DNA of 64,000 nt. Source: Candidatus Poribacteria bacterium. GTDB taxonomy: Bacteria > Poribacteria > WGA-4E > WGA-3G. The notes under the pieces are model-generated. The model saw only the letters and a list, made by a program, of their open reading frames with translations, was not told where the DNA came from and made no database searches. The position numbers and the translations under genes are program-made. Location: the NCBI GenBank assembly GCA_965205025.1, contig CBDBFU010000027.1, positions 32,001 to 96,000 of the forward strand, in the 5' to 3' direction. Shown here in pieces: positions 57,207 through 64,000 of this stretch; positions within the stretch are counted from its first letter, which is position 1, and each line of letters opens with the position of its first letter.

Positions 57207-57562
57207 AGATTATTAAAGTGACTTATTCGCCCGATACTGAATTAACATGTAAAATTGATTTTGCATAAAAAACCCCTAAATATCTAATAATCATTATATC
57301 ATGAATACATGGAATACACCAATATTTTTCACAATTATTAACTTTGTGAAATCTGCTTCTATTCCTCTTCTGTAGGAGGGAACTCCGATTCCCGACTCTT
57401 CCATCCTTCCGTGTAATCCGTGATTCAGAAAATAAAACAATCCGCACCAAAAAACCCTCTTCTCCGCGTAATCCGCGTAATCCGCGATTCAGAAACCAAA
57501 ACCCCTCTTCTCCGCGCAATCCGTGTAATCCGTGTAATCCGCGATTCAGACACCTGATTAAC

Positions 57563-57592
57563 TTGACAACACACAACCCCAGAATATATAAT
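57563..57592 (+). promoter_or_regulatory. Sigma70 promoter of the Rpn gene
   Basis: TTGACA, 18 bp spacer, TATAAT. Confidence 0.75.
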
Positions 57593-57628
57593 AAATAAAA
57601 AACTATCGGAAAAGGCAAAACACTTTAC

Positions 57629-58522
57629 ATGGCACAATACGATGAAATCGTGAAGCACTTGATGGACAGGTTCGCCGATGACTTTGCCATGTTATCCTTT
57701 GCTACATCCGATGTCGAAGTTTTAGAGACACTTGACACGGAGCAACAAACCGTAAAAGTCCATCGTAACGACATGACATTTAAGGTACGATGGCACAATG
57801 AAATAGTACTACTTCATATAGAAGTACAAACCCAAGACAGTCGAGATAAACCGATGCCGTTGCGTGTTCTCGCGTATGCTGCTGAACTTCTACTACGGTA
57901 CGAACTTCCTGTCTATTCAGTCGTACTCTATTTAAGTGCAAACGCCGGACAAACGGATCCAGGTGGCTATAGTTATGGGGATGACACGTTCGGTTTGCAA
58001 CATAAATATCAGGTAATTCGATTGGCAGAATTAGAAGGTGAATCATTTTTAGATGCAGCATCGGTTGGACTGTTACCGTTCACACCCTTAATGAAACCAC
58101 CTGAAGACTTGAACACGGAAGCATGGCTTCAAAAATGCATCGAAAAGACAGAATCCGCCCATGTTGACACACAAACGCGTGGCACACTACTGTTTGCCTT
58201 ATCAACATTAGGTAGTTTAACCCATGACGCAAATCTTTTTCAAAAACTCATATCGGAGGAAATGATGCAAGAATCTCCTTTTATAGAACTCATAATGCAG
58301 CGTAGCAGAGAACAAGGTATAGAACAAGGTTCACTTGAAATGTCTGTTAAACATATACTGTCAATCCTTACTGAGCGTTTTCCGTTGAGTGATACGGAAC
58401 CTGTATCAGAAGTCCTTGAACCTATTCAAGACCTTGATCGCTTAACAAAACTGCTTCGCATAGCGGTTCGAACATCCAGCGTTGAAACATTTCTACAAGA
58501 AGTAGAAACATCCGAAGAATAA
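57629..58522 (+). CDS. Rpn family recombination-promoting nuclease/putative transposase (PD-(D/E)XK)
   Basis: YDEIVKHL..RNDM..LLHIEVQT..MPLRVLAY..LLPFTPLM..MMQESPF..EQGIEQG. Confidence 0.88.
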   Translation: MAQYDEIVKHLMDRFADDFAMLSFATSDVEVLETLDTEQQTVKVHRNDMTFKVRWHNEIVLLHIEVQTQDSRDKPMPLRVLAYAAELLLRYELPVYSVVLYLSANAGQTDPGGYSYGDDTFGLQHKYQVIRLAELEGESFLDAASVGLLPFTPLMKPPEDLNTEAWLQKCIEKTESAHVDTQTRGTLLFALSTLGSLTHDANLFQKLISEEMMQESPFIELIMQRSREQGIEQGSLEMSVKHILSILTERFPLSDTEPVSEVLEPIQDLDRLTKLLRIAVRTSSVETFLQEVETSEE

Positions 58523-58527
58523 AGGAA

Positions 58528-58776
58528 ATGATGCAAGAATCTCCTTTTATAGAACTCATAATGCAGCGCTATATAGAACAAGGTTCACGTGAAAACTGTA
58601 TCAAGAATATTCTATCTGTTCTCTCAAAACGTTTTCCGTTGAGTGATACGGAACCTGTAGTAAAAGTCCTTGAACCTATTCAAGACCTTGATCGCTTAAC
58701 AAAACTGCATCGCATAGCGGTTCGAACATCCAGCGTTGAAACATTTCTACAAGAAGTAGAAACATCCGAAGAATAA
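58528..58776 (+). CDS. Stand-alone Rpn C-terminal-domain small protein
   Basis: Tandem variant of the last 86 aa of the preceding gene. Confidence 0.75.
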   Translation: MMQESPFIELIMQRYIEQGSRENCIKNILSVLSKRFPLSDTEPVVKVLEPIQDLDRLTKLHRIAVRTSSVETFLQEVETSEE

Positions 58777-58824
58777 AAACTCCAGATTCACCCTTGTTGA
58801 TATAGCATTCATACCAGGGGCTTA

Positions 58825-59150
58825 CCCTCTTCTCCGCGCAATCCGCGCAATCCGTGTAATCCGTGATTCAGAAAAATCGCCTCTTTGTACCACAAACTTT
58901 TAGTTTGTGTTCTTACTCCAACCCTCTTCTCTGCGCAATCCGCGTAATCTGCGTAATCCGTGATTCAGAAAAACATCTCTTTGTACCACAAACTTTTAGT
59001 TTGTGTTCTTACTCTAACCCCTCTTCTCCGCGCAATCTGCGTAATCCGTGATTCAGAAACCAAACCCCTCTTCTCCGCGCAATCTGCGTAATCTGCGATT
59101 CAGAAAAATCGCCTCTTTGTACCACAAACTGTTAGTTTGTGATCTTCCAC
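58825..59150. repeat. Cluster of 9-bp-iteration repeats and GTACCACAAACT..AGTTTGTG REPs
   Basis: Same families as at 42090-42640 and 57365-57550. Confidence 0.85.
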
Positions 59151-59188
59151 CCTCCCCAGATTGCACACCCAAACCATTCTGATAATAA

Positions 59189-59337
59189 TACCATTTCTAT
59201 TTAAATAGTTCACATTATGAGCACTCTTAGTAGTCCCCCTGATAAGGGGCGGGGAATGCCCTAAGGCATTCATACCGTTGATTCTTTAGGGGGTTTCTTC
59301 AATCAGTAATGAGCAATCATCATTTAGAAATGGTATA
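59189..59337. mobile_element. MITE-like element with ATACCATTTCTA/TAGAAATGGTAT terminal inverted repeats
   Basis: 12-bp inverted ends; the left ~30 bp recur at 1256-1290, and the end motif recurs at 45489, 49029 and 63400. Confidence 0.5.
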
Positions 59338-59439
59338 ACTTTCCTTCAACCAAATTACAAAAATAGTGTCAAAAACAATACGCATAATTAGACTTGCCTT
59401 GAAAATGCAAATATAAAAATTACCGAAAACGAATAGAGA

Positions 59440-60814
59440 ATGACGAAAAAACGAAATTATCAGAGATGGAATTTTGGATTTGCATTACTTCAAGGTACAT
59501 TTATGCGCATCAACCTTGCCTTCGCAGATTCATCTACTGTCCTATCCGCATTTATCTATAAACTCACCCAATCAGACACAATGGTTGGTTTATCTGGTTC
59601 ATTGATGACAGCTGGCTGGATGTGGCCACAGTTGTTAGTCTCGAATCTACTCGAACACCGACCTCGCAAAATGCCGTACTACGCTCTGGGTATGGCAATC
59701 CGTGTGTTTGCGTGGCTTGCTATCTCCTTTTGCACAATAAGGATAGGGGACAAAAAACCAATTTTACTCGTCGGCTGCTTTTTAGGGTTATACTTCTTAT
59801 CCTCATCAGCCATGGGAGTTTCAACACTTCCTTATATGGATATTGTCTCAAAATCAATTGCCCCAAACCGGCGGGCACGCTTTTTTAGTTTACGCCAAAT
59901 TTGTGGGGGTTTCTTCTCCATTTGGGTCGGATTTCTCGTCCACGCTGTACTCGGAAATGAAGCGGAATTCACAGGTGTACTCGGATTTATTACGCATTCT
60001 TTCAAAACTCTAACCATGTATCTTATCAAGACAATTTTTCTACTTGAGACGAATCTTGGTTTTCCTGATAACTATGCATTTCTATTTATCTGTTCTGTAA
60101 GTGCTGCACTCCTCTCATTTATAAGTTTCCTGGCAGTACGCGAACCGATACATCCTGTCAACGCAAGCCGTCAACCAATCATGCAGCACCTAAAACAAGG
60201 TCCCACACTTTTTGCGTACAGATGTCAATTATCGACGATTCTTGTGGTTTCGTATCTGTTTACATATATCAGGTATGGCAACACCGTTCTATGCAAGATA
60301 TGCATTGTATGAATTAGGTCTATCTGAAGGTACAATTGGTTTTTTTATTGTATGTTCAGCACTAAGTGGTGTCGTATCAAATGCAATGTGGGGGTATGTC
60401 GGAGAAAAATACGGTGTACGATGGGTATTGATTGTAACTGCCTGCTTAATGGTGTTCCCTCCAATTATAGCGTTCTTCTCAGGTATCCTACCGATAAAGT
60501 ACATTCAGCCTGCATACTTTCTAATTTTTGCAATTAGTGGTATCTTAACAAATGGTATGATGGTTGGCTTTATGGCATATATGTTGAATATTGCCCCACC
60601 CCGAAGTCGACCCAGTTATATCGGTTTTATGAATACACTCCTATTGCCATTCAGTTTCGCGCCAACTTTTGCTGGTTTCCTTGTTTCTATAATTGGGTTT
60701 CAGAGTCTGTTTGGTATATGTTTTGGTATTTGCATTGTCGCAATCCGAATTGGAACTGGATTGCAAGAAATTATGCACGAGGATGAAACTGAAATAGAAT
60801 CCCTTGAGACATAA
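59440..60814 (+). CDS. MFS transporter (frameshift in T5 run 60209-60213)
   Basis: Overlapping hydrophobic ORFs 59440-60312 and 60212-60814; WGYVGEKYGVR loop motif and APPRSRPSYIG. Confidence 0.85.
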
Positions 60815-60890
60815 TAAAATCTGTAATCCAGTCCATAAACTTATCGTAGGGGCGGGATTTCCCGAGCCGAATTTCAGCATTGTCTGATTT

Positions 60891-61667
60891 CTATTTTCCC
60901 ATCTCCTTTAGTGCTTTTAAGCAACGTTCCACCGCTTCTAATGGTGGATAGGCATCACTTTCATATTCCACAATATACCACTGAGTACCACCTGTCGTTT
61001 CGCATATCTGGAATATCTCTGACCACGGCACACTATCTTCACCGATGATAGGACGGAATGCGTTGTGTCCATCATCTTCATTATCTGAGATCGTATAAGG
61101 TTTTAGGTGTACGGTTCCACCCCGACCGGGATACTTTTTAAGTATTTCAACAAGATCCGCACCACCAGACATAGCATTCCCCATGTCCAACTGCATTACA
61201 ACACCTTCGTTTGTATTTCCAAAGAACGTATCCCACGGGATTTCTCCATCCAACGGAGTGAATTCAACGTGGTGGTTATGGTAACCTGTTACCATACCGT
61301 GTGGAGCAAGTTTGTCAGCAAGATCATTAAAGAAATCTGCTAATTTCAACCAATCTGCCCGAGATTGACGAAGTTCACCTGGTATACCTGGGATAATTAT
61401 ATACCGGTTTTCCAGAATTTTGTTGAATTCTATAGTATCCTCAAGAGCATCTTCTTGCACCATATTAAAGGGTGTATGCCACCCACAACAGACTAAATCG
61501 AATTCGTCCAGATATCCTTTCAACTCTTCTGCTGAATGCTGCGGTGGACCCGCGAATTCCACTCCTTCATAACCCATTTCTGCAACAGCTTTTATAGTGC
61601 CACGGGCATCTTCTGATAACTCATTGCGAACCGAAAATAACTCTAAACCAATTGGTACTCTTGCCAT
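60891..61667 (-). CDS. Sugar phosphate isomerase/epimerase (xylose-isomerase-like TIM barrel)
   Basis: GLELFSVR..GYEGVEFA..YHNHHVEF..QLDMGN..HLK..WYIVEYE. Confidence 0.9.
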   Translation of the reverse strand: MARVPIGLELFSVRNELSEDARGTIKAVAEMGYEGVEFAGPPQHSAEELKGYLDEFDLVCCGWHTPFNMVQEDALEDTIEFNKILENRYIIIPGIPGELRQSRADWLKLADFFNDLADKLAPHGMVTGYHNHHVEFTPLDGEIPWDTFFGNTNEGVVMQLDMGNAMSGGADLVEILKKYPGRGGTVHLKPYTISDNEDDGHNAFRPIIGEDSVPWSEIFQICETTGGTQWYIVEYESDAYPPLEAVERCLKALKEMGK

Positions 61668-61735
61668 AATTCACCTTTCATTTTAATTTCTGATAAAACC
61701 ATTTCAATCAATTGCTTGTTAATATTGTTGAAAAC

Positions 61736-63172
61736 CTATCGTGCAGTGTAATTTGGTGGTAAAGGACAACTGTTTGAGGATGTTTTATACATTTCTACCA
61801 ATGCAGCTCTTGCCAAACCGTGTATCAAGAATGCAGGACCAATTTGTGAATCATACCAGTCAATTCCTGATGCTCCATAAGGGAGGGTTTTGGGAAAATA
61901 GATATCCAATGCCGTTTGTGATAGTTTTGTTGCACCTTCTAACCATTTAGATTCATCGGTGATATCGTATAGATCAGTAAGGAGTTCAAGTGCTAATCCT
62001 ATATCTGATGCAGGTATTTTAAATTCTTCTGCTTGAACACGAGCAACGGGAAAGTCCTCATCAAGATAGGTTTCACCAATCGCACGGGCAAAATCCATGA
62101 ATCTTTCATCCCGTGTTAATCGCCAGCCACCGAGACATAACACACCAGTACTGCATGAAGTTCCCGCACCATATACACTTCCCCAGACAGACATGTTTTC
62201 CACCACACGGTCTGTTCCGCTTTGGCATAAACTAACGAAAACACGTTCTTCAAGGTCATGCGGGGCATTGAAAAAACCATCAATATAAACCGAACCGTAT
62301 TGGATCATCTTATCTGCTAAGTCTGGTAGGTATGATTCAATCAACTCAGCAGATTCCAATAAGCTTATTCCTAACGAGAGTGTTTGGGTAGGAGCATTGT
62401 TTTCATAGAAACGTTCATCCTCTGTAGGAGAACGACTTTCAATGAGGAGGAGTCCTTCTTCATCTCTTTTCTCCCACCAATATTCGAGGTAATTCTCTAT
62501 CTGTTGCAGTGTTTCAGAACGCTGGGCTTGTGCATAGGCAAACGATAGATCGAAGATATAAAATCCTGAATGGCGAGGAAAATCACATGAACGACCACCA
62601 CGTTCAAGTTGTGCATCAATCTCTATATTTGCATGACGGATATATTCAAATCCTTCACCGTCAGTCCAGTGATAATCCAGTCCATCTGCAAAACTTTGGA
62701 TACATGCTCGATTATATTGATATAACTTTAGCCATAACCAGTGTGGAACCTGTCGAAGATGGTCATGGATTGCTGTACCTCCATCCGGGTTTCGTGAACA
62801 CCCGACCCGTTCTTCCACGACCTGCCAAAATGAGTGTTCTCCCCAAGGAAACAATCCTGTAGTCGTACTTGTACAATTTCTCGCAAAATGGTTTAAGTAA
62901 CGATCAACTGCATAGGCGTATACCGGATTGGACTGGCTTTCAGCAAATGCGATCATCGTTTGGAGTAGGGGTTCATCGTGAATTAAATTACACCCAAGAT
63001 GAGCGCGATCACCATCTCTTTGACCCGGAATCTTCGGTGGTTTATCCATCAACATCTCACCCGTTTCAGGATCAAGAATAGATGGAAATAATCCTTTGTA
63101 TTGTGTACTACGTTCGATCATGAGATCTATTGCATTGCAGATTTTTGTGATTATTACTTCCGGGTTCATCAA
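61736..63172 (-). CDS. Hypothetical protein, possible (alpha/alpha)-toroid carbohydrate-active enzyme
   Basis: 478-aa helical ORF; GLFPWGEH, FPRHSG and DLYDITDESKWL. Confidence 0.65.
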   Translation of the reverse strand: MMNPEVIITKICNAIDLMIERSTQYKGLFPSILDPETGEMLMDKPPKIPGQRDGDRAHLGCNLIHDEPLLQTMIAFAESQSNPVYAYAVDRYLNHFARNCTSTTTGLFPWGEHSFWQVVEERVGCSRNPDGGTAIHDHLRQVPHWLWLKLYQYNRACIQSFADGLDYHWTDGEGFEYIRHANIEIDAQLERGGRSCDFPRHSGFYIFDLSFAYAQAQRSETLQQIENYLEYWWEKRDEEGLLLIESRSPTEDERFYENNAPTQTLSLGISLLESAELIESYLPDLADKMIQYGSVYIDGFFNAPHDLEERVFVSLCQSGTDRVVENMSVWGSVYGAGTSCSTGVLCLGGWRLTRDERFMDFARAIGETYLDEDFPVARVQAEEFKIPASDIGLALELLTDLYDITDESKWLEGATKLSQTALDIYFPKTLPYGASGIDWYDSQIGPAFLIHGLARAALVEMYKTSSNSCPLPPNYTAR

Positions 63173-63394
63173 CTGCTTCCTTAATAAACTGGTGATGTTA
63201 ACAAGGTATCACAAGAACTATATTTGGTCAAGTCACACATAACAAAGGCAGGGATATTTAGTATTCGATATTTTTAGCTAAAATGTTCACATTCGTGAAT
63301 AATCTTTGTAGGTCGGGTAGAGCGGAGCGAAATCAGACATCTTTGGTTCCTGTTATGTTTCGCAAAGTCAACCTAACTTACAAGACAAACTCTA

Positions 63395-64000
63395 AGTAAC
63401 ACCATTTCTGGTAATTAAAGTCCCATTACAAAAATCTCTTTAATGTAGCACAAACTTCATAAAGATTAATTTTTTAAATCGGTAATTCTAATTCCCCCAA
63501 ACCCGGTAGACGGGGAATGCTATATAGCATTCATACCCGGGGAATGCCATAAGGCATTCATACCGTTGATTCCTTGATTCCTTGAGTCCCATATGAAGTT
63601 AAAAAAATAAAATAGGTAATTTGGACCCAGAGCTGGTAGGTGCGGTTTCCTAACCGCACTATTAGCGTCAATTTAGGGAAAAAATTGTTATATCCCAGGC
63701 CGGTAGGTGCGGTTTCCCAACCGCACAATTAGCGTCAATTTTATGATATATTGCTATTGGTTTTGGAATATTGAGTCCAATAGGAACAGAATTTTCATAG
63801 AAGGTGTTATCACCAATATCTCAATCCCCAGCGGGGCGAAATGTGTGTAGTAAACGTACAACCCCCTAAACACTAAACCCCAGCGGGGTGAAAGGTGTTC
63901 CTAAATTGACGCCTATGGTGCGGTTTCCTAACCACACCGGATTCTACAAGAAACTGGAAATTACCCGAATAAATTCTTTAACTTCATTAGGGACGGAATG
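63395..64000. repeat. Composite REP/MITE cluster
   Basis: GTAGGTGCGGTTTCCTAACCGCAC, GGGGAATGCC..GGCATTCATACCGTTGATTC, TAGCGTCAATTT and CCCCAGCGGGG units. Confidence 0.8.

Overview
Bacterial chromosomal window, most consistent with Candidatus Poribacteria (inferred from the C-terminal motifs LLANYPNPFNPETWIPYQL...RKMLILK and xxTTWxxxK and the dense REP repeats). The centre looks like a multi-cassette promoter-inversion (antigenic/phase variation) locus. Four paralogous genes for giant secreted lamin-tail-domain/Ig-like proteins are present: one on the minus strand (19866-14955) and three on plus (24868, 35615, 49886). Each is preceded by the same composite dyad site, an ATCCCC-TTTTGTC dyad plus an invariant 25-mer AGACAAACAGGTTATCCCTGTCTGT. 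Only the minus-strand copy lies downstream of perfect TTGACA-17-TATAAT promoters, and these sit on a ~4.8-kb segment that also encodes a catalytic-domain-only tyrosine recombinase. Two cassettes carry a second large Ig/YWTD/dockerin-like secreted gene. Also present: tRNA-Glu and tRNA-Lys, rplM-rpsI-purA between cassettes, three IS200-like/REP-associated TnpA copies, Rpn nuclease genes with arrays of stand-alone C-terminal small ORFs, an ECF sigma factor with a candidate promoter motif, tandem ferredoxins, a TonB-dependent receptor, and a G-to-C skew switch across the locus. Several single-base frameshifts, including one in rpsI, are probably sequencing errors.
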